This document shows positions 18,861 through 28,032 of a stretch of 34,265 nucleotides of DNA, piece by piece. This DNA is from a virus (Duplodnaviria; Caudoviricetes). Every line of letters begins with the position of its first letter. Within the stretch, counting starts at the first letter, position 1. The position numbers and the translations under genes were made by a program. Below the pieces are notes generated by a model. It made no database searches, had not been told where the DNA came from, and was given only the letters and a program-made list of their open reading frames with translations. The stretch is taken from positions 1 to 34,265 of the IMG/VR virus record IMGVR_UViG_3300036376_000020; one strand, 5' to 3'.

Positions 18861-19664
18861 ATGGCAGCTTTTCTCAACGTGTGTCGCTTCAACCCGACCG
18901 CCGGCGGCACCACGGACTGGACCTATTCGTCGGCCGTCACAGGTTACCAAAGTCCCGCCGCGGCGAATGTCGCAAACGGCCGGCTCTACAAATACCGCGC
19001 CGAGAGCCTCGATCTCAGCCAATGGGAGATGGGCGAGGGCGCGTACAACACCGCCACCGGCGTTCTCGCCCGCACCACGGTGCTGTCCAACTCGTCGGGC
19101 AGCACGTCGAAAATCAATTTCTCCACCGTGCCGCAGGTTGCCATCGTAGCGCTCAAGGAAGACCTGATCGCGATCGATGAGGCCAACAACTTCACGTCGG
19201 GACAGAAATCGCAGATTCGGACGAACATCGGCATGGCCGATGGGCACATTCCAGGCGAGGTATCCAACGGCTCAGCGGCCGCCGGCGAAATCGGCGAGTT
19301 TAATTTTGTGACCGGAACTGGAGCGCTCACCAACGGAGTGACCATCAACCTGGTGTCAATTTCGATCCCGGCGGGCGATTGGGAAGTATTTGGGCACACC
19401 TTCATCTCCGGCGGTGGCGCAACCACGATGACGAATTTAACAATGTCGATCAGCACGGTCTCGGCAACCCAGAACTCGAGCACGCCGGACCGTTTCAACC
19501 AGATTCGGAATGCCGGCGGAATAAGCGATCCATTCATGACCGTCGCGGCAGGTCCTTTCCGAATGTCGCTCGCTGCCACGACGACGGTCTTTCTTGTCTT
19601 TGTCGCAACATTTACGAACGTGCTGAACCACTCGAGCGAGTTGCGTTACAGGAGAGCCCGTTGA
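18861..19664 (+). CDS. Short tail fibre / receptor-binding-like protein
   Basis: N-terminal WEMGEGAY...LARTTVLSNS anchor; QKSQIRTNIG linker; C-terminal beta domain. Confidence 0.6.
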   Translation: MAAFLNVCRFNPTAGGTTDWTYSSAVTGYQSPAAANVANGRLYKYRAESLDLSQWEMGEGAYNTATGVLARTTVLSNSSGSTSKINFSTVPQVAIVALKEDLIAIDEANNFTSGQKSQIRTNIGMADGHIPGEVSNGSAAAGEIGEFNFVTGTGALTNGVTINLVSISIPAGDWEVFGHTFISGGGATTMTNLTMSISTVSATQNSSTPDRFNQIRNAGGISDPFMTVAAGPFRMSLAATTTVFLVFVATFTNVLNHSSELRYRRAR

Positions 19665-20101
19665 TGGCTTACAATCCCGCCCAAATTCTCCGCGCGGTGG
19701 AGAGCCTGCGGCCCGGCTTGCGCCTCCAGATCGATTTCGAGCTGGCCGATTTGAACGACGGCGAAGGGCCGTTCATTTCAGCCTGGAAGCGACAGGATGT
19801 GTCAAAGCCGACCAAAGCAGAGATCGAAGCCGTGGACACCGACGCGCTGGCACGGGCCGGCGTCACGTTCCTTGCGCGGGATCTGCTGTCTCAGCTGACG
19901 GCGAGCGATTACATCAACATCCTGCAGGCGACTGCGTCGAGCGCGACGCTTGGCCTGTTGTGGGCCTCGCTGCTCGCGCAGGGCGATGCACCCATTGCGG
20001 TTTCTTCAGATCGGTTCAAGCGGGGGTGGAGCGGAATGGCGCAAGCCCTTGGCGACGCGCGCGCCGACGCCATCGCGCGAGCGATCGGCATCCCGAGCTG
20101 A
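19664..20101 (+). CDS. XkdW-like / fibre assembly chaperone
   Basis: DFELAD...GEGPFISAW...KPT motif; coupled to the fibre gene. Confidence 0.55.
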   Translation: MAYNPAQILRAVESLRPGLRLQIDFELADLNDGEGPFISAWKRQDVSKPTKAEIEAVDTDALARAGVTFLARDLLSQLTASDYINILQATASSATLGLLWASLLAQGDAPIAVSSDRFKRGWSGMAQALGDARADAIARAIGIPS

Positions 20102-20103
20102 CC

Positions 20104-20715
20104 ATGTCGCTGCTTGGCTTTGACGCATCCGGGCGCCTTGCGCTCGGGCAACTTTACCGCATTGTTGCTTCCAACACCGTTCTGACCGCCGCTCCAGGTA
20201 CATACGCGGTTGCGGGACAGATCGCCGCTTTCAAGGCGGCACAAGTCGGCAGCGTAGCCGGATTTGTGATGGCGGGCAACGCGGCGATCCTTCGAACCGC
20301 GCTCGCTGCCTCGCCGGGCGCTTTCCTGGTGGCCGGCGTGGCGGCGACATTTCCGGTGCGGCTCCTGGCCGACCCTCGTAGCCATTCCGTTGCCGCCAAC
20401 GCTGCTACGATTGCAGCAAAAATGCTGTCATCCGCCGCGAGCTTCTCAATCTCGGGCCAGAGCGTTCGGTTCGGACCATCGATCGGTTTAAGTGCAGGGT
20501 CTTATGCCGTCGCCGGATCTGACGCGAGCTACACACGCGACTTCGAGGCCTGGTTTCCCCGTCCGTTCGATACCGATGACTGGACGAGCGAAACGAGTGA
20601 AAGCGAGGCCTGGGTGCCGAGTACACCGGTGACGGAAACATGGTCAACGCAGACGACGCGACCCCCGTCATGGGCGCTGGCAGCCAAGCAATCCGAGAAC
20701 TGGACAACCGAATAA
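20104..20715 (+). CDS. Ala-rich virion protein with Trp-spaced C-terminal repeats
   Basis: MSLLGFDA start; W every ~10 aa at the C-terminus. Confidence 0.65.
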   Translation: MSLLGFDASGRLALGQLYRIVASNTVLTAAPGTYAVAGQIAAFKAAQVGSVAGFVMAGNAAILRTALAASPGAFLVAGVAATFPVRLLADPRSHSVAANAATIAAKMLSSAASFSISGQSVRFGPSIGLSAGSYAVAGSDASYTRDFEAWFPRPFDTDDWTSETSESEAWVPSTPVTETWSTQTTRPPSWALAAKQSENWTTE

Positions 20716-22190
20716 TGCCGCTCATTCCATTCGGCGAGTATCGCCCCGACGTCAGCGATTACGAAGGCCAGGCAACAAGGAACATTCGTAACGTGATTCC
20801 GCGCGGCGACGGCTATGGCCCGTTCCCGGGCCTGTCGACCTATACGACGGCCCTGCCGTCCGCCTGCCGTGGCGCGTTCTATGCGATGAAGTCGGATGGA
20901 ACGGTGATCACCTTTGCCGGCACGGCCGGCAAACTCTACAGACTCAACAATACCGATTTCAGCTGGGTGGACGTTTCAAAGGCGGGCGGGACTTATATCG
21001 CTCCCACCTTCGGCGGGCAGGCGGCCAATTGGCAATTTGCGCAATTCGGCAACCTGGTGTTTGCAACGCATGCAAACACTGCGCTCCAGGTCTATGATTT
21101 GTCTTCTTCCAGCACCTTTGCCGATTGTGGCGGTTCTCCGCCTCAAGCAGCCTACATCTCCGTGGTTGGCCGCTTCCTGGTGCTGTCCGGCCTCCTGTCC
21201 AACCAATACCGGATTCACTGGTCCGGTTTGAATGCGACGACGACGTGGACCAGCGGCGTCAATTCATCGGACTATCAGGACTTTCCCGACGGCGGTGTCG
21301 TTCGCGGCGTCGCCGGCGGCGAGTATGGGATCGTCTTTCAGGACCAGGCGATCCGGCGCATGTCGTATGTGCCGGGGTCTCCGCTGATTTTTCAGATCGA
21401 TCGCATCACGCAAGACAAGGGCCTTTACGCGCCGTATTCCATCGTCCGAGCGGGTGAAAAAATCTTCTTCTATGCCGGACAGGGCTTTCACAAGATCGAA
21501 CCTGGCGGCGTGCCGGAGCAGATCGGCCGGGAAAAGGTCGATCGCACGTTTCTGGCCGATCTCGACAAGGGCAATTTGCAGCTTTTCATTGGTGCCGCCG
21601 ATCCGCGAGGCACGCGGGTGTACTGGGCGTACAAGTCGGTGTCCGGCGCCGTCGGCACCGTCTACGACAAGCTGCTCGGCTATGACTTCCTGCTGGACCG
21701 GTTCTTTCCGGTGTCGGTGTCCGGCGAATATCTGCTGGGCGTTTCGCAAACAGGCCTTACGCTCGAAAATCTCGACAGCATCTCCGTGTCGCTGGATGCG
21801 CTGACGTTGAGCCTGGATGCTTATGCGACGGCGGTGCAGCCCGAGATCGGCGAATTCAACGGCTCGCACGCCCTCGGCTTCTTCCGGGGCGGCAATCTGG
21901 AAGCGACCATCGAGAGCGCCGAACAAGGCACGGACGAAAACCGCCTCATCATTCGTGGCTTTCGGCCCGTCACCGATGCGGCAACGCTGTACGGTTCGGT
22001 CTCCTATCGCGACGCGCCGTCGGCACCAGTGGCTGGGGGCGGAGAAGTGCCGGTCAACGCCCGAACCGGCCGCTGCGATTTTATGCGCGACACGCGCTAT
22101 TCGCGATTCAAGGTGCGCATTCCGGCCGAAACGTCCTGGACATTCTGCGCCGGCGTGGTGCCCGACCTGACGACAGGAGGCACGCTGTGA
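20715..22190 (+). CDS. Tail hub / packaged-DNA stabilisation protein (P22 gp10/T7 gp12-like)
   Basis: ~490 aa beta-rich; IPFGEYRPD, WQFAQFG, RIHWSG, SDYQDFPDGG; position after the adaptor and fibre genes. Confidence 0.75.
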   Translation: MPLIPFGEYRPDVSDYEGQATRNIRNVIPRGDGYGPFPGLSTYTTALPSACRGAFYAMKSDGTVITFAGTAGKLYRLNNTDFSWVDVSKAGGTYIAPTFGGQAANWQFAQFGNLVFATHANTALQVYDLSSSSTFADCGGSPPQAAYISVVGRFLVLSGLLSNQYRIHWSGLNATTTWTSGVNSSDYQDFPDGGVVRGVAGGEYGIVFQDQAIRRMSYVPGSPLIFQIDRITQDKGLYAPYSIVRAGEKIFFYAGQGFHKIEPGGVPEQIGREKVDRTFLADLDKGNLQLFIGAADPRGTRVYWAYKSVSGAVGTVYDKLLGYDFLLDRFFPVSVSGEYLLGVSQTGLTLENLDSISVSLDALTLSLDAYATAVQPEIGEFNGSHALGFFRGGNLEATIESAEQGTDENRLIIRGFRPVTDAATLYGSVSYRDAPSAPVAGGGEVPVNARTGRCDFMRDTRYSRFKVRIPAETSWTFCAGVVPDLTTGGTL

Positions 22191-22501
22191 CGGCCTATGT
22201 GCCCGGGATCACCGAGACCGACCTGAAGAAGATCGTGCTCGCCCTGCAGAACCTGGCGGCCGGACGCTCGAACGCGGTGGGCAGCGTATCGCTGGCGACG
22301 GGGTCCGCGACGACAACGGTAACGACAGCGAATTGCTCGCAGGGATCGACGCCGATCCTGACGCCGGCTTCGGCCAGCGCGGCGGCCGAGGTGGGCAGTG
22401 GCACGTTGTATGTGAGCGCGGTGACGAATGGATCGTTCACGATCACGCATGCAAACTCGGCGACGACGGGGCGAACGTTTCTGTACGCGCTCTTAGGCTA
22501 G
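22187..22501 (+). CDS. Small virion protein
   Basis: GTGA coupling to the hub gene; GSFTITHAN C-terminus. Confidence 0.65.
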   Translation: MTAYVPGITETDLKKIVLALQNLAAGRSNAVGSVSLATGSATTTVTTANCSQGSTPILTPASASAAAEVGSGTLYVSAVTNGSFTITHANSATTGRTFLYALLG

Positions 22502-22673
22502 CGAAAACCAGCCGGGTGCCACCCGGACACTTCAACATTCTAGTCACCGGTGAGCCTGTCCCGCCGGGCGTCGACTTGCGTCTTGCCCGTCGGCGCAGAG
22601 AGGAAGTTTGTCAATCTCAAAACATGACAACGCCGGCAACGAAGCCGCCAATTTATTTATTTTGGAGAAGTCC

Positions 22674-23003
22674 ATGGCGACACCGCACCCCGAAACCGTG
22701 ATTACAATGCTGAGCTCGATTCTGAGGAGCATGGAGAATGCCGTGAACGGCTCTATTGCCGCAACAGGTGTTCCCCCTTCAACGGAAGAAGAAGCGTTCA
22801 GTTTCACCAGGCACGTGATCGTGGAATAGCTGGCGCGTTTGATGCTGCGTCAACTTTCGGTCCTGGAGCGTTACGATTCGGAAGAACTGCTCTCGATGCT
22901 GCGGGCCGGGCCGTCCCTCGAGCACTCGAACGTGACGCCCCGCGCTATTTTTACGGTCCCGGCACCGCTAATATACCTGGCCCCACAGTTCCGCCGTCGC
23001 TAA
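22674..23003 (+). pseudogene. Possible small gene interrupted by TAG at 22827
   Basis: GGAG RBS before ATG 22674; protein-like frame continues past the stop (VIVE*LARLMLRQLSVLERYDSEELLSML). Confidence 0.35.
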
Positions 23004-23029
23004 ATCGCTTCCGAGCGGATTCCGGCGGA

Positions 23030-23706
23030 TTGCCGTCATCTAGCGGTTCGGTACCTGGCGTTCCTCCGCCGGCCATCGGCAGCACTCCCTATCGAGGCAT
23101 GCCTGCGCCCCTGCGAGAACTTGATGCGATGGAGCGGCAGGCTCACGGCGTCAGGCCTAGATTGTCATCGCCGGTGGAAGATCCAAACTTCAGGCAGCTT
23201 TCACGGTTGCCTGTGTTGCCGGCCTTGGAAGCGACTGGCTCGGCTGCTACCCACTCTCTGGACATTCCTGACTTCCTGCTACGCATTCCTAAACCGCAAA
23301 TCTCAGACTCGGAGAGCACTGAGCCGTCGGATTTAACGCCCGACACGTCGAGCGGTGGTAGCCGGGATACAACTGGTGGCGGAGGAGGGAGAAGCGGTGG
23401 GGGCAACAAAGGCGGAGGCGGGGATGGTGGAGGCAGTAACAGTTCTGGACGTAGTCACAAGGATATGTGTGATGATGAACTGGCAGAAGAGATGCGTAGT
23501 TGCAAACCTATAAAGGGAGGTCCGCCAATCGGGACTACTATAATGGATGTGTGGAGCGGGCAAAAGGCAGATGGATCCAATGCTACAAAAATGGAGAACC
23601 GAACCCGAGTGGTCCAGGTCGATGGCGACCGGGTACTGATGAACAGCCCGGTGACGAAGAAACGTGGATTAACTACCGGCGAATGCCTGGCTCCAAGCGC
23701 AAGTGA
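23030..23706 (+). pseudogene. Frameshifted effector-type gene: Pro-rich region, Gly linker, 4-Cys C-terminal domain
   Basis: DPNFRQLSR motif; apparent 1-nt loss near 23507 joins MCDDELAEEMRSCK to YKGRSANRDYYNGCVERAKGRWIQC...DEETWINYRR. Confidence 0.55.
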
Positions 23707-23862
23707 GCGTCACCAAATCTAGAACTGTGGGCAAGATGGCGCGATCCTTTCTGGGCTTTTCGCAACAGCAACGAGCGTTTTCTATTCTACGTCCTAATTG
23801 ACATCGTTTCCCATTCTGCGCCATCCTTTGGATACTCTGCGGCGGAATGCGAGGTAGTCACC

Positions 23863-24474
23863 ATTAAGTCGCGTGATTCGATTTACGAACTGTATGACTG
23901 GGTCGAGCATCTGAGGCGGACCCTCACGATTGATGCTGCCATCCGTACGATTTCGGACAGTTTGGAGAAGGTGGACGAGGAGGATCATTACGTACTCGCT
24001 CTGCAACTAACCCAGCTTTTGCGCGAAGCTGAACGATATACTGAAGCCGTCCAGATGTTGGATCAGATGATGGAGCGATACCCGGATGACGTCCGTTCGC
24101 CGATGAGCAAGGCGACAACTTATATCTATTGCTTCGAAGATTATGAAAAAGCGCTCGAATGCATCAATTCGGCGCTTCAGCGGGCACGTCGCACTGGCTT
24201 TTTCCGAAGGGAAGCTCTCGGCAACAAGGCGCGAATACTACTGAAACTCCGTCGAGGCGATGAACTCTCCGATGTTCTTGAAGAGATCATGTCGCTGCAG
24301 ATCGTGAAAGGAATCCCCGACATCGGGCGTGAACGAGATTTTGTCGACCGCGCGCCGCCAGGTCTCATCCGCAAGAATGTGCTGGATCGCTACAACGAAT
24401 TTCGGCCAAAGCGCGCGGGGGACACGTCAAACGATGAGCCACCGAGATTTGAGCCTCCCGACGACGCGGCGTGA
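23863..24474 (+). CDS. TPR-like helical repeat protein (candidate immunity)
   Basis: YTEAVQMLDQMMERYPDD, YEKALECINSAL, ALGNKARILLKL; frame open upstream to ATT 23863 behind a GAGGT RBS (first standard start is TTG 23962). Confidence 0.7.
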   Translation: MKSRDSIYELYDWVEHLRRTLTIDAAIRTISDSLEKVDEEDHYVLALQLTQLLREAERYTEAVQMLDQMMERYPDDVRSPMSKATTYIYCFEDYEKALECINSALQRARRTGFFRREALGNKARILLKLRRGDELSDVLEEIMSLQIVKGIPDIGRERDFVDRAPPGLIRKNVLDRYNEFRPKRAGDTSNDEPPRFEPPDDAA

Positions 24475-24518
24475 CAGCCGACGATAAGGGTTCTAGACGC
24501 AGAGCCTCGTTATTCGCA

Positions 24519-24541
24519 TTGACATAGTTCTCTACTTATTC
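24519..24541 (+). promoter_or_regulatory. -35 TTGACA with near-consensus alphaproteobacterial LexA box
   Basis: TTGACA-TA-GTTC-TCTACTT-ATTC. Confidence 0.5.
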
Positions 24542-25063
24542 AAGTAGTCAAAGTATAAATGCGCGCAGAGCGTGTAGAGCCTTTGGATTTTTGTGTGTCT
24601 TGCATCTGATCCATGTGCTGCGCACTTGTTGCAATGGCTGTCACGAGCACGATGTCACGGTGCGGGCGACTACGTCGTCTCTTCTTGGGTATTTGATGCT
24701 GGCGACAAAATGAAACAGGAATGACTGCTGAATGCGACTACAGTGAATATTGCACCCTGAAACCGGACAGATTCGACTTTGAAGTAAGTATAAGATTTCG
24801 GCGCCCCGGATACCGTGTTGCTACCATTCGTATCTCACGCAGGCTCGATTGCTGTTATTTTATACAAGGTGAGAGTTCTGTTGAGCGCAGCACCGAGGGG
24901 TGAATTTGCCAAATGCCGGGGCTGTAGCGATGCCTCAATCGTATCGGCAACTCACACGCCGTCCGGCCAACCCCGCGCTCCCGCAAGTCTCGCGTCCGGG
25001 CCAGGCCACCCTGGCGAGTTGGCTTCGGCAATTCAGTGATGGCGAACTCTGACGGAATGGAAG

Positions 25064-25480
25064 ATGGCGCCTGCGGCTCAGCTTGTTTGCGTCGACCCGA
25101 GACGGGTCGGCGAGGTTTGGCCACATGTTAGGTCATTGCTGAAGGCCGCCTGCCGCCGCACCGGGCTCAACGCTTTCTCGGAGGTCGAGGCCGATATTCT
25201 TGCCGCCCGCAGCTTGCTGTGGGTGGCGTGGGGCGGGCGGGCGATCGAGTCCGCAGCGGCGACCATTCTGATCAACTCCGGGTTCGGCAAGGTTTGCATC
25301 ATCACAGTATGCGGCGGGCGCGACATGACGCGCTGGCTTCCCCTGCTCGGACAGATCGAAGATTACGCGCGGCGTGAGGGCTGCGCGCGAATGCGCATCT
25401 ATGGCCGCAAGGGTTGGCTGCGTGTGCTCAATGGATACGAGCAGAAACACGTCATCATGGATAAGAAATTGGGTGGATGA
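25064..25480 (+). CDS. GNAT-fold-like phage protein of the tail/ejection region
   Basis: LLWVAW, CIITVCGG, IEDYARREGC, GRKGWLR pattern; position between hub and ejection genes. Confidence 0.7.
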   Translation: MAPAAQLVCVDPRRVGEVWPHVRSLLKAACRRTGLNAFSEVEADILAARSLLWVAWGGRAIESAAATILINSGFGKVCIITVCGGRDMTRWLPLLGQIEDYARREGCARMRIYGRKGWLRVLNGYEQKHVIMDKKLGG

Positions 25481-25594
25481 GAAGCGTCAACTTCGGTGAG
25501 CGCTGCATTGCGCGTTAGCAACTAGACCTTCCCCAGTGCAGCCAGCCTTTCACAAGCCTACCTCACCGCATTATCTACTGGACAAGATATAGGG

Positions 25595-25623
25595 TTGACA
25601 ATGTTCTTTATTTGTTCTATTTC
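25595..25623 (+). promoter_or_regulatory. Sigma70 promoter with perfect LexA (SOS) box in the spacer
   Basis: TTGACA (25595) AT GTTC-TTTATTT-GTTC (25603..25617) TATTTC. Confidence 0.7.
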
Positions 25624-25791
25624 GCGTTCCAGATGACGTTTTAACTAAATGCCATCGGCAGTGGTGAGCACGGCGATGTCGCTTTGGAGAACTGATTGGG
25701 CTGGTTGCCGGGAGCAATTTGTCCGAACCACGGGCGTTGCGCGGCTTCGATTTCAACGGCTCATCCGATTCAGGGCGAAGCGGGCGGTCGG

Positions 25792-26226
25792 ATGAATTTT
25801 TCACCAATCCAGTGGGTGATGCTTATCGGAATGGATCTCTTCGTACGGTCCGCATACGCCTTTGCCGTCAGCTTCAATATCTTTTTGATTCCGATTGTTC
25901 TCAAGTTGTCAGCGCTTCACATTTTTATTCTCGGGCTGGTGTCTGGCTTCGCAACGCCATTGGCGGTGCCACTACGACGCGTCGTCACGGTTATCGTTAC
26001 AAGCGTGCTGTTTGCCATCGCAATGGCGGGTCTCTGGATTACCGCAGAGCAGAGTTCGCATTCCACTTCTTGCTTCAACAATGTCTGCGACTGGATCAAC
26101 GGAACGATTACGCCAAGCGGCGTATGGCTGGTTTTCAAGGAGACCAGCATTCAAGTTTTGGCAAATCTGAGCGTGACAGCGACCACTCTTTTCCTGGGTC
26201 GGGGGATCCGTGCGGCGGCATCATGA
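25792..26226 (+). CDS. Multi-pass membrane protein (candidate orphan immunity)
   Basis: About four hydrophobic helices with a CxxxxC loop. Confidence 0.6.
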   Translation: MNFSPIQWVMLIGMDLFVRSAYAFAVSFNIFLIPIVLKLSALHIFILGLVSGFATPLAVPLRRVVTVIVTSVLFAIAMAGLWITAEQSSHSTSCFNNVCDWINGTITPSGVWLVFKETSIQVLANLSVTATTLFLGRGIRAAAS

Positions 26227-26424
26227 CCTGAGGCGTCGTTTGCGACGGCCCATCCGGCCACGAGGATTTCGGGGGCTTTGAGTTCAGGGGCAGGCGTCAT
26301 CATGTCGAGCGGGAGAGTTGATTGGGTCTGCGGCCGAAGCCAATCGGTTGGGCGTGGTGGAATTGCACGCTGGCTTCAGCGGCAGTGCTTCCAGAGATGG
26401 AAGGCTCAAGGCCTGCTTCTTCGC

Positions 26425-27228
26425 ATGCGATATCTTGTGGCCATATGCCTTGTGTCGTGGGCTGGATTGGGCACGGCGCCGTCCCTGGCCGAGGTGTCGG
26501 AGGCGGAGAGGGGGATTTACACTCGCGCCGTCGAATTTTGCCGAGGTAGTGTCAAGCGTCCGATGGCGCTCGACCTCGACCAACGCGTGCTGTGTTTCGA
26601 CGGCGAGATTGTTCCTGATCTTGACATATCGCTCATTGACCGCCTTCAAGATAGCGGGCTCGCCGTGGTGCGAAGCGTCGGCGGTAACCTGCTATCTGCA
26701 ATTCGCCTCGCGGAGGCATTACTGGAGCGGAATGCGACGGTCGTGGTCTACGACTACTGTCTATCGGCCTGCGCCAGTTTTCTGCTTGTCGCTTCGATGA
26801 AAGCGTTCGTGGTGAAGAATACGCTTGTCGCGTGGCATTCCCCTGTTGCTCCTTACCTTTGCCCGTTGTTGCGGCAAGCAATGGACGGAGGACCAAGGCG
26901 TCTCGACAAGGATGTTTGTGCCCATGCGCCGGCCGGATTCCGCAGCTCGTACGAGCACTATAAAGAGTTGCACAGACGGTTTTACGGGCTAAGAGCGATC
27001 GACCGTACGTTCGAAGCCCCTCCGCAGAGCATTATTGTGAGAAGGATCCTGCAGAATAAGTTTGGAGGGATCGGAGACTATCCGGCGAACCTGATGTGGA
27101 CCTGGAATCCGCGATACCATGCGGGTCAGATCAAAACCCAGATTTATTATGAGGCCTATCCGCAGAGCCAGGACGAAGTAGATGCGTTGGCAATGCGACT
27201 GCGGGCTCGCGTGATTTATGATCCGTAG
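26425..27228 (+). CDS. Exported ClpP/crotonase-like fold protein, paralog 2
   Basis: Signal peptide; VVRSVGG, YDYCLSACA, VAWHSP; ends YEAYPQSQDEVD...RVIYDP. Confidence 0.75.
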   Translation: MRYLVAICLVSWAGLGTAPSLAEVSEAERGIYTRAVEFCRGSVKRPMALDLDQRVLCFDGEIVPDLDISLIDRLQDSGLAVVRSVGGNLLSAIRLAEALLERNATVVVYDYCLSACASFLLVASMKAFVVKNTLVAWHSPVAPYLCPLLRQAMDGGPRRLDKDVCAHAPAGFRSSYEHYKELHRRFYGLRAIDRTFEAPPQSIIVRRILQNKFGGIGDYPANLMWTWNPRYHAGQIKTQIYYEAYPQSQDEVDALAMRLRARVIYDP

Positions 27229-27365
27229 TTGCGTCAAGAACTGGAATTGAAAGCCGCCAGCTGCCCTTGAACGAGGGATCGCCTCGAGCAGCAATCCACG
27301 TTCCTTAAATCTCAATCCCTTACAAGGCTGCGTGCGAGCCGCTATTCCAAGTCAATGGAGAGAAC

Positions 27366-27857
27366 ATGGCGCGTGATTTTCGCGACTCTTTGCCTTGGTC
27401 AGGCAGCCTGGAGTGGCTGAGCCCGGCAATAGTACCCGGCCTCGGGAGCAACTCAGAACCTCGACTCCCCACCTGGATTCAACCGGAGCAGCCGCCCATG
27501 CGGCCTGATTTCAAGTTATGGGATCCGCTCATTCGTGGAGTGCCGGAGGCCGACCAATCGCCGCCGTTTTGGATCCGCAATCTACGGCCTCTGCCCGATC
27601 CTGGTCCGAATCCGTTTCCGAATCCGGCACCTTTGCCGCAACCAAGGCTCCTGGTGCCTGAAGCAGATCCTCCCGGGGATAACTCGGATTTGGTTGAAAG
27701 CTCGGATCCGGCTCGCGGTTTGCTCGGCCTGCTCGAAGAAGCGATCCGGGGCGAAGCTCGGGCCGGTGTCCGCTCCCAGCGGCGTCCGCGACTGGCATCG
27801 ACGCAGACAATCTCGATGCATTCTGCGCAGCCCGTACGTCGGTTGGTGCGAATGTAG
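27366..27857 (+). CDS. Pro-rich cargo-type protein with conserved tail motifs
   Basis: GGAG RBS; RGLLGLLEEAIR and QPVRRLVR motifs. Confidence 0.65.
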   Translation: MARDFRDSLPWSGSLEWLSPAIVPGLGSNSEPRLPTWIQPEQPPMRPDFKLWDPLIRGVPEADQSPPFWIRNLRPLPDPGPNPFPNPAPLPQPRLLVPEADPPGDNSDLVESSDPARGLLGLLEEAIRGEARAGVRSQRRPRLASTQTISMHSAQPVRRLVRM

Positions 27858-28032
27858 ATGGGCGACGATGTAAACAATACATTTGCCGATAGCCGATCCG
27901 GGCGGCTGTAACTCATCTTCTGACAATATAATCTCAGTGATTGAAAAGCCTGTCAGCACCGTACATCGCGGGCGACGAACGGTTGCGTATGCCTGATCTC
28001 GTTCACCAAAAGACCAAAGAGGAGCACATCTG

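Noticed and set aside
23350-23450. GGN-rich repetitive stretch
   Set aside because: Simply encodes a Gly/Ser linker; not a CRISPR or tandem DNA repeat
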